From the NCBI GenBank assembly GCA_965215615.1, contig OZ244068.1, positions 1,648,223 through 1,712,222 on the forward strand: 64,000 bases of DNA. The letters run 5' to 3'. Below, one piece after another: positions 37,401 to 47,347 of this stretch. The translations under genes were made by a program, and so were the position numbers. Below the pieces are notes generated by a model, which was not told the DNA's origin, ran no database searches, and saw only the letters and a program-made list of their open reading frames with translations. The stretch comes from Vicinamibacteria bacterium. GTDB lineage: Bacteria; Acidobacteriota; Vicinamibacteria; Marinacidobacterales; Marinacidobacteraceae. Within the stretch, counting starts at the first letter, position 1. Each line of letters begins with the position of its first letter.

Positions 37401-40400
37401 TCTCGGAGGCGGTGACGGGCTTCGAGAAGGCCGACATCACGGTGACGGGCGGCACGGCGGGCACGTTCTCGGCGACGAGCACGACGGTCTATACGCTCGG
37501 GATCACTCCCGACGGCGATGCGAACGTGGTGGTGACGGTGGCGGCGAACAGCGCGACCGACGGCACGAACATGGGCCCGGCGAGCGCGGAGAGTGCGACG
37601 GCCGTGTGGGACGAGACGGCGCCGACGGTCGAGATCACCGGGGTACCCGGCAAGATCAGCAACCGCGATGCGTTCACCGTGACCTTCAGCTTCTCGGAGA
37701 CGGTGACGGGCTTCGACACGGACGATGTCAGCGTCACGAACGGCGACAAGAGCGCGTTCTCGGGCAGCGGCAGCAGCTATACGGTGGTGGTGACCCCGAA
37801 TGCCGACGCGGACGTGACGGTGACGGTGGCCGCGGGCGGCGCAACCGACGGGTTGAACACCGGCCCGGCGAACGCGGTGAGCGCGACGGCCACCTGGGAT
37901 GCGAGCGTGCCGACGGTCGAGATCAGCGGGGTACCGAAGAGGATCACGACCCGCGCCGCGTTCACGGTGACGTTCACCTTCTCGGAGTCGGTGACGGATT
38001 TCGTGACCGGCGATGTCACGGTCACGAACGGCGACAAGAGCTCGTTCACGGGCAGCGGCAGCAGCTATACGGTGGTGGTGACCCCGAATGCCGACGCGGA
38101 CGTGACGGTGACGGTGGATGCGAACTCGGCGACGGACGGCACGAACACCGGCCCGACGGCCGATGTGGTCGCGACCGCGGTGTTCGGCGCGCCGGCGGCG
38201 CCGACCGTGACGGCGACGGCGGGGAACGGTCAGGTCACTCTGAGCTGGACCGACCCGTCCGACGACACGATCACTGAGTACGAGTATCAGCAGCGGGAGG
38301 AGGGCGGCACCTGGCCGAACAGCTGGACGGACATCGCGAACAGCGCGAGTCTCACCGAGTACGCGGTCACCAGCCTGACGAACGGGACGACCTACGAGTT
38401 CCGGGTCCGCGCCGTGTCCGGGACGGTGACCAGCCCGGCCTCGAGCGTCGTGACCGCGACGCCTCTCGCGGCGACCGCCCCCGGCCCGCCGCGGGACCTG
38501 AGGGTCGCGCCGGGCGACGGGCAGGTCGTTCTGAATTGGCGTGTCCCCGGAACCAACGCCGACGCGATCACGAAGTACGAGTTCCGCCAGGGAACGGGCG
38601 ACCCCCTCGCCTGGGGTGCGTGGGGGGACGCCTCCGGCACCACCACGAGCCACACGGTGACGGGCCTGACGAACGGCACGGAATACAGCTTTCAGGTGCG
38701 CGCGGTGGCGAACACGGTGCTGGGTGCGATGTCGGACACCGTGGAAGCGACTCCCAACCCGGTACCGGCCGCCCCGACGAACTTCACGGCCACGAAGGGG
38801 ACAGCCAGCGGCGCTATCGCCCTGAGCTGGACCGCCCCGAGCGGCACGATCACCAGGTATGAATACCGGCTCCGCCCTGTCGGTGGTGACTGGCCACAAA
38901 GCTGGACCCGCTTGACTGTCCTCGTCACCAGCTTCACGGTGGGGAGCCAGACGGACGGCACGGAGTACGAGATCGAACTCCGCGCCGTCAACGATTCGGG
39001 CGCGGGTGCCGCCGCCAGCGCGACCGCGACCCCGTTGGACCCGACCGCCGCGGCGGCGCCGACGAGCTTCACGGCGACGGCGGGGAGCGGTCAGGTCGCT
39101 CTGGCATGGACGGCCCCGAGCGGCACGATCACGAAGTACCAGGTGCGGCAGGGGACGGGCGATCCGGTCGTGTGGGGGGCGTGGGCGGACATCACGGGCA
39201 CCACGAGCCACACGGTGACGAGTCTGACGAACGGCACGGAATACAGCTTCCAGGTGCGTGCGGTGACCGGGACTTCGGTGCTGGGTGCGATGTCGGCGAC
39301 CGCGACGGCGACGCCGACGGCCGCGCCGGGGGTGACGATCTCGGTGACGGACGCGTCGGTGAGCGAGGCCGACCAGACGGACACGGCGACCTTCACGGTG
39401 GTGCTGAACACGGAGCCGTCGTCGGGGCTGGTGGTCGTGAGCGTGGATGCAAGCGGAGCCCCCGGGCTGGAGCTCGACGGCCCGGACGCCCCCACTGCGT
39501 TCAGCAACGCCGAGGTCCTGACGTTCACCACCACGAACTGGAACAGCCCGCGGACGATCAGGGTGCGCGCCACTTCCGAGGCCACGGACAACCCGAGCGG
39601 CCGGGAGGAGACGATCACCTGGACCGCGACTGCGACCGCGGATACCGACTACCAGAACCTGACCGGGGATGCGGCGACGGTCACGGTGGTGGACAACGAC
39701 CCGACGACGGTGACGCTCGCGGGCGCGGCGGGGGATGTGGCCGAGGGGGCGACGAAGACCTTCACGGTGACCCTGGGCCGGGGTCTGGTGGACGGCGAGA
39801 CGCTCGGGGTGCCGCTGGCCTTCACCGGTACCGCGACGCGGGGCACGGACTACATGACGGCGTGCCCGACGACACTTCCGACCGGGGTGACCTGTAACGA
39901 CCTCGACGACACGAGCCTGACCCCGACGGTGACCTTCACGGGGCCGACCTCGGGGGCGACGGCGCGGACGGTGACGCTGACGCTGAGTGCGGCGAGCGAC
40001 AACACGACCGAAACGGGCGGCGAGACGGTGATCATCGGCTTCGGCACGCTGACGGCCACCGGTCTGGAGGGTGGCACGAGCACCACCGACAGCCTGGCGG
40101 ACTTCAAGATCACGGACCCGGACGCGAGTGTGCCGACGGTTGCGATCACCGGGATCCCGGCGAAGATCAACAACACGAATGCGCTGACGGCGACCTTCAC
40201 CTTCTCGGAGGCGGTGACGGGCTTCGAGAAGGCCGACATCGCGGTGACGGGCGGCACGGCGGGCACGTTCTCGGCGACGAGCACGACGGTCTATACGCTC
40301 GGGATCACTCCCGACGGCGACGCGAACGTGGTGGTGACGGTGGCGGCGAACAGCGCGACCGACGGCACGAACATGGGCCCGGCGAGCGCGGAGAGTGCGA

Positions 40401-43400
40401 CGGCCGTGTGGGACGAGACGGCACCGACGGTGGAGATCACCGGGGTACCCGGCAAGATCAGCAACCGCGATGCGTTCACCGCGACCTTCAGCTTCTCGGA
40501 GACGGTGACGGGCTTCGACACGGACGATGTCAGCGTCACGAACGGCGACAAGAGCGCGTTCTCGGGCAGCGGCAGCAGCTATACGGTGGTGGTGACCCCG
40601 AATGCCGACGCGGACGTGACGGTGACGGTGGCCGCGGGCGGCGCAACCGACGGGTTGAACACCGGCCCGGCGAACGCGGTGAGCGCGACGGCCGTGTGGG
40701 ACGAGACGGCGCCGACGGTGGATATCACCGGGATACCGGCGAAGATCAACAACACGAATGCGCTGACGGCGACCTTCACCTTCTCGGAGTCGGTGACGGG
40801 CTTCGCGAAGAGCGACATCACGGTGACGGGCGGCACGGCGGGGGCGTTCGGGGGCAGCGGCACCACCTATACGCTCGCGATCACCCCGACGAGCGGTTCG
40901 AACGTGGTGGTGACGGTGGCTGCGAACAGCGCGACCGACGGCACGAACATGGGCCCGGCGAGCGCGGAGACGGCGACGGCCACCTGGGATGCGAGCGTGC
41001 CGACGGTCGGGATCACCGGGGTGCCGGCGCGGATCAGCGGCACGAGCGACCTGACGGCGACGTTCACCTTCTCGGAGGATGTCACGGGCTTCGTGAAGAA
41101 CGACATCACGGTGACGGGCGGCACGGCGGGCACGTTCACGGAGAGCAGTTCCACGGTCTATACGCTCGTGATCACCCCCGACGGCGACGCGAACGTGGTG
41201 GTGACGGTGACGGCGGACAGCGCGACCGACGGGTTGAACATGGGCCCGGCGAGCGCGGAGACGGCGACGGCGGTGTGGACCGCCCTGGTCTTCAACCCGG
41301 CGGCGGTGACCGTGGTCGAGGAGGCGAGCGCGACCTACACGGTGGAACTCTCGAGCCAGCCCGATGGGAACGTCACGGTGACGGTCTCGGGGGCGAGCGG
41401 GGAGGTGACGTTCGACACCGACTCCACGACGCCGGGCACCCAGACGACGGCGCTGACCTTCACGACGACCACCTGGGACGATGCGCAGACGGTGACGGTG
41501 TTGGCGGCGGCCGACGGCGACACGGCGAACGACAGCGCGACGCTGACGCACACCGCGTCGGGCGGCGGGTACGGCTCGGTGACCGGGGATGTGGAGGTGA
41601 CGGTGACCGACAACGACACGCCGGGTCTCGTCCTCGATCCGACGAGCCTGACGGTGGCGGAGGGCGGCAGCGGCACCTACACGGTGGCGCTCGCGACCCA
41701 GCCGACGGCGAGCGTGACGGTGACGGTCGCGGGGGCGAGCGGCGAGGTGACGTTCGACACCGACGGCGACACGGGCGGCAACCAGAACACGCTGACCTTC
41801 ACGACGAGCGACTGGGGCACGGCGCAGACGGTGACGGTGTCGGCGGGTCAGGACAACGATGCCGACGACGACAGCGCGACGCTGACGCACAGCGCGTCGG
41901 GTGGCGGCTACGGCTCGGTGACCGGGAACGTGGCGGTGACGGTGACCGACGACGACACGGCGAGCGTGGTCACGACAGAACCCGACGCGACGGCGACCGA
42001 GGGCAGCACCACGGACGAGGCGACCTTCACGGTGGCGCTGAACACCCGGCCGTCGAGCGATGTCACGGTGACGGTGACCGCGCCGACGGGTCTGACGCTC
42101 GACGGCCCGGACAGCGCCACCACGTTCACGAGCAGCGAGGGCCTCACCTTCACCAGCACGAACTGGAGCACGGCGCAGACGGTGACGGTGCGCGCGACCG
42201 ACGACAACGATGACAGCCCGATCGGTCGGGAACTGACGGTCACCTACGCCGTGACTTCGTCGGACAGTGGCTACAGCGGCCTGAGCGGGGATGCGGCGAC
42301 GGTCACGGTGGTGGACGACGACCCGACGACGGTGACGCTCGCGGGCACTGCCGGGGATGTCGTGGAGGGCGGGACGAAGACCTTCACGGTCACGCTGGAG
42401 CGCGGCCTCGTGAACGGCGAGACGTTGCCGGTGCCGCTGACCTTCGGCGGGGACGCGACGCGGGGCACGGACTACACGACGGCGTGTCCCACGACACTGC
42501 CGACGGGGGTGACCTGCGCGAACCTCGACTCGGGGACCCCGACGGTGACCTTCACGGGGCCGAGCACGGGGGCGACGGCGACGACGGTGACGCTGACCTT
42601 GACGGCGACGACGGACAACACCGCGGAGGCGGGCGGCGAGTCGGTGGTCATCGGCCTCGGCACGCTGAACGCGAGTTCGGGGACCGGTCTCGGGGGCGGC
42701 GCGAGCGGCACCGACAGCCTGGCGGACTTCGACATCACCGACCCGGACGCGAGCGCGCCGACGCTCGAGATCAGCGGGGTACCGAAGAGGATCACGACCC
42801 GCGCCGCGTTCACGGTGACGTTCACCTTCTCGGAGTCGGTGACGGACTTCGTCACCGGCGATGTCACGGTCACGAACGGCGACAAGAGCTCGTTCACGGG
42901 CAGCGGCAGCAGCTATACGGTGGTGGTGACCCCGAATGCCGACGCGGACGTGACGGTGACGGTGGATGCGGACTCGGCGACGGACGGCACGAACACCGGC
43001 CCGCCGGCCGATGTGGTCGCGACCGCGGTGTTCGGCGCGCCGGCGGCGCCGGCCAGTCTCTCCGCCACGGCGGGCAACGCCGCGGTCACCTTGAGCTGGA
43101 CCGACCCGATGGACGACACGATCACCGGGTACGAGTTCCGTCAGGGTGTCCAGAGTTCGCCCGTCACCTGGGGCAGCTGGACGCCCATCACGAACAGCGA
43201 CAAGGACACCACCTCCCACACGGTGACGGGTTTGACCGACGGCACGGAGTACTACTTCCAGGTCCGCGCGGTGTCCGATGCGGTGATGGGCGAGCCCTCG
43301 GCCGAGGAGAACCGGGACGCGGTGGTAACACCGGTGGCGGTGAACGCGCCGGCGGCGCCGACGGGCCTCGGGGCGACGGCGGGCAACGGCCAGGTGGCCT

Positions 43401-46400
43401 TGAGCTGGACGGCCTCGAGCAGCAACGGCATCACGAAGCACCAGGTGCGCAGCGGATCGGGCGATCCGCTCGTCTGGGGGAGTTGGACGGACATCGCGAA
43501 CAGCGCCAGTATCACGAGCCACACGGTGACGGGGCTGACGAACGGGACGGAGTACAGCTTCCAGGTGCGCGCGGTGGCGACGGCGGTGCTGGGTGTGACG
43601 TCGGACACGGCGGTCGCGACCCCGAGGGGTGCCGCGGGCGTGACGACGACGCAGCCGAGCGACCGGCAAGTGACCGAGGGTGACACTTCGGACACGGCGA
43701 CCTTCACGGTGGAACTCGACACCCAGCCGTCGAGCGATGTCACGCTGACGGTCGAGGCTGTCGCCGGGCTGGAACTCGACGGCCCGGACGGCGCCACCGC
43801 GTTCACGGCGAGCGAGGCGCTGACCTTCACGAGCAGCAACTGGGGCACGGCGCAGACGGTGACGGTGCGCGCCACGGACGACAGTGTTGACAGGCCCAGC
43901 GGGGGCGATCTGACCGTGAGCTACTCGATAGCATCGTCGGACAGTGGCTACAACTTGCTCTTCGGTGTGGCCGCCCTCGTCACCGTCATCGACAACGACC
44001 CGACCGCGGTGACCCTTGCGGGGGCCGCCGGGGACATCACCGAGGGCGAGACGAAGGACTTCACCGTCACGCTGGGCGTGCGCGGTCTGGTGAGCGGCGA
44101 GACGCTCGGGGTGCCGCTGACCTTCACCGGTGGCGCGACGCGGGGCACGGACTACACGACGGCGTGTCCCTCGTCGCTGCCGACCGGGGTGACGTGTAAC
44201 GACCTGAACACGGCGGCGACTCCGACCGTGACCTTCACCGGGCCGAGCACGGGGGAGACGGCGCGGACGGTGACGCTGACGCTGAGTGCGGCGACGGACA
44301 ACACGGCCGAGACGGGCGGCGAGACGGTGATGATCGGCCTCGGCACGCTGACGGCTACCGGTCTGGAGGGCGGGGCGAGCGGCACGGGCAGTCTGGCGGA
44401 CTTCCGGATCACCGACCCGTCGGCGACGGACACGACGGTACCGACGCTTTCGATCTCGGGAGTACCGGGGACGATCAGCACGAGGGCGGCGTTCACGGCG
44501 AACTTCACCTTCAGCGAGTCGGTGACGGACTTCGATACGAACGACATCACGGTGACCGGCGGGAGCAAGGGCACGCTCTCGGGCAGCGGGAGGAGCTACC
44601 GGATGCGGATCACGCCGACCGGCGGGGTGAACGTGGTGGTGACGGTGCGTCGAAATGCGGCGACCGACGGCACGAACCGGGGCCCGGCGGCGGCGGTGTC
44701 GCGGACCGCGACCTGGCGTGCCCCGAGTCCGCCGCCGCAGCAGCCGCCAGCGGAGGAAGACGACGACGATCCGCCTTCTTCCGGTGGTGGCGGCGGTGGT
44801 GGGGGTAGTACCCCGTCCCTCCCCTCGGCTTCTCTGTCCGCCGTCTCGGTGAGCGCGGGGCAGATGGTGATCGAGGGCGGCGAGGCGCTGTTCCGGATCA
44901 CCGCGAGTCCGGTGCCGAGCGACGAGATCACGGTGCGGGTGCGGGTGTCGGCGACGGGCGACTTCGTGGACGGGGTGCAGCTCGGCGAGCGGCTCGTCAC
45001 GCTCTCGGCTTCGGCGCCCACGGCGAGTCTGCGGGTAGCCACCATCGATGACCGCCGGAACGAGGCGGACGGGACGGTGACGGTGACGGTGCTTTCGGGC
45101 GAGGACTACCGCCTGTCGCAGGCCTCGGCCTCGCTCGCGGTCACGGACGACGACACGCCCGCGCTGGTCCTGACTCCGGAGACGCTGACGGTGGACGAGG
45201 GCGGCAGCGGGAACTACCGGGTGGCGCTCGCCACCGAACCCGCCGGCGATGTGACGGTGAGCATCGCGGGCACGGGTGAGGTGACGACGGCGCAGAACAC
45301 GCTGACCTTCACCGCGGGGAACTGGAACGTGGCGCAACCGGTGACAGTGTCGGCGGGGCAGGACGCGGATGCGGCGGACGACCGGGCGAGACTGGATCAC
45401 CGCGCGAGCGGCGGCGGCTACGACTCGGTGACCGGCAGCGTGGCGGTGACCGTCATGGACGACGACACGCCGGGCCTGATCCTGACTCCGGCGGCGCTGA
45501 CGCTGGCGGAAGGCGCGAGCGCGAGCTACACGGTGGCACTCGCCACCGAGCCGACGGGGAACGTGACGGTGAGCATCGCGGGCACGGGCGATGTGACGGT
45601 GGACCGGAGCACGCTGAGCTTCACCGCCCGGAACTGGAGCGCGGCGCAGACGGTGACGCTCTTCGCGGCGCGGGACGAGGATGTGGCGAACGACAGCGCG
45701 ACGCTGGCGCACCACGCACGGGGCGGTGACTACTCATCGGTCACCGGCAGCGTGGAGGTGACGGTGACGGATGCGGGCGCGGCGGTGGTGTCGGCGCATC
45801 TGGCACGGTTCGGCCGGACGGTGGCGGAGCAGGCGCTCGACGGGATCGCGGGAAGGCTGCGGGCGCCGCGCACGGCGGGGATGCAGAAGACGCTCGCAGG
45901 TCCCCGCCTGAACGTTCCGCGCGAAGGAGATACGGCGCAGGGCACGATGCACGCCGAGGCGCGGAGGACCGGCTTCGAGAACGAGTACGAGAGCCAAAAC
46001 CGCGACCTGCTGCACCTCCCGAACGCCCGGGAAATGCTGCTCGGGTCGAGCTTCACGCTCACGACCCAGGAGGCGGAGGGAACCGGGGGCAGCTTCGCCT
46101 TCTGGGGCCGGGCGAGCGCGAACCGCTTCGACGGCGCCACGAACGACGGAGCCACGGCGATCGGCCTCGACGGCGAGGTGCTGACGGGTCTCGTGGGCGC
46201 GGACTATGCGCGGGGCGACTGGCTCTTCGGCCTGGCGCTGACCCACAGCCTCTCCGAGGGGGGCTACACCAGCGAAGGTGCCAGCGGCGGCAAGGTGGAT
46301 GCGTCGCTGACGGCGGCGCTGCCGTATGCGTCGATCCAGGCGAACCCGCGGCTGAAGCTCTGGGGTGCGGGCGGCTACGGCATCGGCGAGGTGACGCTCA

Positions 46401-47212
46401 AGACCGGAGGCGAGAGCCACCGGGCGGACACCGACTGGACGATGGCGGCGGCGGGAATACGGGGAGACCTGCTGGATCCGGCGGGCGGGCCGCTCGCGGT
46501 AGCGGTGATCGGCGACGGACTGTGGACGCGGAGCACATCGGATGAGATCGCCGCGCTTTCGACGGCGGATACCTTCGTGACCCGGCTGCGGCTCGGGGTG
46601 GAGGCCAGCTACGACTTCAACTTCGACGGCATGGGCGATCTCACGCCGCGGGTGGAAGCGGGCGCCCGCCACGACGGGGGCGATGCGGAGACCGGGGCCG
46701 GGATGGATCTCGGTGTCGGAATCAACTGGAAGGCACCGGTCTTCGGATTGAGCCTCGATGTCGCGGGACGGATGCTGATCCTCCACGAGAACGAGGACTT
46801 CGCGGACCGGGGGATTTCGGCGGCGGTGGTCTTCGACCCGAACCCGGAGAGCGAGCGGGGGCCGTCGCTTTCGCTGCGCCAGGCGATCGGCGGGAGCGCC
46901 GACGGGGGGATCGAGGCGCTGTTCGCGACGACGACCCCACTCGGCGACGGCGGGAACATCGGGAGCGGAGCGGGAATGCGACGGACGCTTGAGACCGCGT
47001 ACGGCTTCTCCGCCTTCGGGGGGCGCTTCACGGCGAGTCCGCACGCCGAGGTGGACTTCACGGAGCGGGCGCGGGACTACGCGCTCGGCTGGCGGTTCGT
47101 GCCGCACAAGCTGGCATCGGACCTCGCGTTCGGCATCAAGGCCACCCGCCGGGAAGGCGAGACCCTGGCCCCGGTGCACGTCTTCGGGGTCGAGGCCACC
47201 GTGCGCTGGTGA
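34409..47212 (+). CDS. giant (4267 aa) autotransporter-like surface adhesin with FN3, Ig-like and Calx-beta-like repeat arrays and a C-terminal outer-membrane beta-barrel
   Basis: Single 12,804-nt ORF; signal peptide ending AEAQT; >15 FN3-like modules ('TITKYQVR...GTEYSFQVRAV'); Calx-beta-like 'VTVVDNDPTTVTLAG' modules; Ig-like 'PTVAITGIPAKINN...' modules; last ~450 aa autotransporter-type barrel ending 'VEATVRW'. Confidence 0.9.
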   Translation: MRGVRGWFRGRVALSCRSLRGVLAAALLFGIATAAEAQTTVTFVSNLNSEGGTDNANTFRDRLAQSFTTGASSGGYLLSSVEIYLGRNAYVGGTPVVVIRADSSGDPGDVVVTLTNPGSYPGRQDRDGGTAIFTAPAGTTLAASTTYWVVINDEDRSLFWASAYSKNHTTTGLPGWSMGGTKIRRQGATNWATFDDLLPMELSGTVVTASGPDAPANLQAVVSSGQVELTWDDPSDDTITKYQYQQRTPPSTGTWGEWTDISNSDEDTTDHTVTGLTNGTEYEFGVRAVAGSTNGTAATVSATPVAPPAAPTSLTARAGATQVTLSWTDPGNATITKYQVRYGAGLTTDSGFSWGTWADVSSSSATTTSATVTGLTNGTEYTFGVRAVGLSGDGAEATVSATPLASGAPAKPTGLTATAGGSSVTLSWTAPSGTITKYQVRQGTGDPVMWGAWADITGTTSHTVTGLTNGTEYSFQVRAVANTVLGAMSDTASATPNAPPAAPAGLKAEAYPAEIRLEWTEQTDDTITGYQYQTRARSEGDWGDWSGWSNVPLGEVGEDDKVFSFSGKSYYKVADLTNGTEYGVRIRAVAGTVPGAASAIVTGTPNVRPLAPTGLSATAGDGQVSLTWDDPSNAAITKYQVTYEVVATSVPATEDVPVNGATTSHTVTGLVNGTLYSFELVPFAGTVSGPSSGKVRATPTAPAGLTLTQPDDRQVDEGDTADTATFTVALRSLPAADVMVTVTAPAGLELDGPDAGGVFASSEDLAFTTANWNSAQTVTVRATDDSTDSPSGREEVIAWSATSTDTDYSGLKGDAATVTVVDNDPTTVTLAGAAGDVTEGGTKDFTVTLGRGLVSGERLVVPLTFGTGTGTATRNTDYTVACPSPLPDGAGVVCANLNTGNAALTFAGPSMGETLKEVTLTLSAASDNTTETGGETVIIGLGTLNASSGTGLEGGASGTDSLADFKITDPDASVPTVAITGIPAKINNTNALTATFTFSEAVTGFEKADITVTGGTAGTFSATSTTVYTLGITPDGDANVVVTVAANSATDGTNMGPASAESATAVWDETAPTVEITGVPGKISNRDAFTVTFSFSETVTGFDTDDVSVTNGDKSAFSGSGSSYTVVVTPNADADVTVTVAAGGATDGLNTGPANAVSATATWDASVPTVEISGVPKRITTRAAFTVTFTFSESVTDFVTGDVTVTNGDKSSFTGSGSSYTVVVTPNADADVTVTVDANSATDGTNTGPTADVVATAVFGAPAAPTVTATAGNGQVTLSWTDPSDDTITEYEYQQREEGGTWPNSWTDIANSASLTEYAVTSLTNGTTYEFRVRAVSGTVTSPASSVVTATPLAATAPGPPRDLRVAPGDGQVVLNWRVPGTNADAITKYEFRQGTGDPLAWGAWGDASGTTTSHTVTGLTNGTEYSFQVRAVANTVLGAMSDTVEATPNPVPAAPTNFTATKGTASGAIALSWTAPSGTITRYEYRLRPVGGDWPQSWTRLTVLVTSFTVGSQTDGTEYEIELRAVNDSGAGAAASATATPLDPTAAAAPTSFTATAGSGQVALAWTAPSGTITKYQVRQGTGDPVVWGAWADITGTTSHTVTSLTNGTEYSFQVRAVTGTSVLGAMSATATATPTAAPGVTISVTDASVSEADQTDTATFTVVLNTEPSSGLVVVSVDASGAPGLELDGPDAPTAFSNAEVLTFTTTNWNSPRTIRVRATSEATDNPSGREETITWTATATADTDYQNLTGDAATVTVVDNDPTTVTLAGAAGDVAEGATKTFTVTLGRGLVDGETLGVPLAFTGTATRGTDYMTACPTTLPTGVTCNDLDDTSLTPTVTFTGPTSGATARTVTLTLSAASDNTTETGGETVIIGFGTLTATGLEGGTSTTDSLADFKITDPDASVPTVAITGIPAKINNTNALTATFTFSEAVTGFEKADIAVTGGTAGTFSATSTTVYTLGITPDGDANVVVTVAANSATDGTNMGPASAESATAVWDETAPTVEITGVPGKISNRDAFTATFSFSETVTGFDTDDVSVTNGDKSAFSGSGSSYTVVVTPNADADVTVTVAAGGATDGLNTGPANAVSATAVWDETAPTVDITGIPAKINNTNALTATFTFSESVTGFAKSDITVTGGTAGAFGGSGTTYTLAITPTSGSNVVVTVAANSATDGTNMGPASAETATATWDASVPTVGITGVPARISGTSDLTATFTFSEDVTGFVKNDITVTGGTAGTFTESSSTVYTLVITPDGDANVVVTVTADSATDGLNMGPASAETATAVWTALVFNPAAVTVVEEASATYTVELSSQPDGNVTVTVSGASGEVTFDTDSTTPGTQTTALTFTTTTWDDAQTVTVLAAADGDTANDSATLTHTASGGGYGSVTGDVEVTVTDNDTPGLVLDPTSLTVAEGGSGTYTVALATQPTASVTVTVAGASGEVTFDTDGDTGGNQNTLTFTTSDWGTAQTVTVSAGQDNDADDDSATLTHSASGGGYGSVTGNVAVTVTDDDTASVVTTEPDATATEGSTTDEATFTVALNTRPSSDVTVTVTAPTGLTLDGPDSATTFTSSEGLTFTSTNWSTAQTVTVRATDDNDDSPIGRELTVTYAVTSSDSGYSGLSGDAATVTVVDDDPTTVTLAGTAGDVVEGGTKTFTVTLERGLVNGETLPVPLTFGGDATRGTDYTTACPTTLPTGVTCANLDSGTPTVTFTGPSTGATATTVTLTLTATTDNTAEAGGESVVIGLGTLNASSGTGLGGGASGTDSLADFDITDPDASAPTLEISGVPKRITTRAAFTVTFTFSESVTDFVTGDVTVTNGDKSSFTGSGSSYTVVVTPNADADVTVTVDADSATDGTNTGPPADVVATAVFGAPAAPASLSATAGNAAVTLSWTDPMDDTITGYEFRQGVQSSPVTWGSWTPITNSDKDTTSHTVTGLTDGTEYYFQVRAVSDAVMGEPSAEENRDAVVTPVAVNAPAAPTGLGATAGNGQVALSWTASSSNGITKHQVRSGSGDPLVWGSWTDIANSASITSHTVTGLTNGTEYSFQVRAVATAVLGVTSDTAVATPRGAAGVTTTQPSDRQVTEGDTSDTATFTVELDTQPSSDVTLTVEAVAGLELDGPDGATAFTASEALTFTSSNWGTAQTVTVRATDDSVDRPSGGDLTVSYSIASSDSGYNLLFGVAALVTVIDNDPTAVTLAGAAGDITEGETKDFTVTLGVRGLVSGETLGVPLTFTGGATRGTDYTTACPSSLPTGVTCNDLNTAATPTVTFTGPSTGETARTVTLTLSAATDNTAETGGETVMIGLGTLTATGLEGGASGTGSLADFRITDPSATDTTVPTLSISGVPGTISTRAAFTANFTFSESVTDFDTNDITVTGGSKGTLSGSGRSYRMRITPTGGVNVVVTVRRNAATDGTNRGPAAAVSRTATWRAPSPPPQQPPAEEDDDDPPSSGGGGGGGGSTPSLPSASLSAVSVSAGQMVIEGGEALFRITASPVPSDEITVRVRVSATGDFVDGVQLGERLVTLSASAPTASLRVATIDDRRNEADGTVTVTVLSGEDYRLSQASASLAVTDDDTPALVLTPETLTVDEGGSGNYRVALATEPAGDVTVSIAGTGEVTTAQNTLTFTAGNWNVAQPVTVSAGQDADAADDRARLDHRASGGGYDSVTGSVAVTVMDDDTPGLILTPAALTLAEGASASYTVALATEPTGNVTVSIAGTGDVTVDRSTLSFTARNWSAAQTVTLFAARDEDVANDSATLAHHARGGDYSSVTGSVEVTVTDAGAAVVSAHLARFGRTVAEQALDGIAGRLRAPRTAGMQKTLAGPRLNVPREGDTAQGTMHAEARRTGFENEYESQNRDLLHLPNAREMLLGSSFTLTTQEAEGTGGSFAFWGRASANRFDGATNDGATAIGLDGEVLTGLVGADYARGDWLFGLALTHSLSEGGYTSEGASGGKVDASLTAALPYASIQANPRLKLWGAGGYGIGEVTLKTGGESHRADTDWTMAAAGIRGDLLDPAGGPLAVAVIGDGLWTRSTSDEIAALSTADTFVTRLRLGVEASYDFNFDGMGDLTPRVEAGARHDGGDAETGAGMDLGVGINWKAPVFGLSLDVAGRMLILHENEDFADRGISAAVVFDPNPESERGPSLSLRQAIGGSADGGIEALFATTTPLGDGGNIGSGAGMRRTLETAYGFSAFGGRFTASPHAEVDFTERARDYALGWRFVPHKLASDLAFGIKATRREGETLAPVHVFGVEATVRW

Positions 47213-47214
47213 CA

Positions 47215-47294
47215 GTTTTCCACATTCTGGCCCCCAGGCGGGACAAAACGGGCGCTGTTGCGTCAATGTATGTATGTTCCCCGATCGAATCAGG
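47215..47294 (+). repeat. conserved ~80-nt intergenic element, copy B (pairs with 15563..15641)
   Basis: See copy A; sits 2 nt after the giant gene stop. Confidence 0.8.
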
Positions 47295-47347
47295 CGTGAC
47301 GATGCGGGGCAGGTGGATACGGCTACACTGAACCACGGACCCGTTCG

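Noticed and set aside
35000-45715. 3571-aa ORF on the minus strand spanning most of the giant gene
   Set aside because: Antisense shadow ORF of a GC3-rich repetitive gene; its translation is low-complexity R/G/H/V-rich with no domain logic, whereas the plus-strand product has a coherent signal peptide, FN3/Ig/Calx-like modules and a beta-barrel.
47213-47294. Rho-independent terminator or sigma54 (-24/-12) promoter within the conserved 80-nt element
   Set aside because: I could not find a convincing GC-rich stem followed by a U-tract, nor a proper GG-N10-GC with TGGCAC/TTGCA spacing; left as an element of unknown function rather than calling a terminator or promoter.
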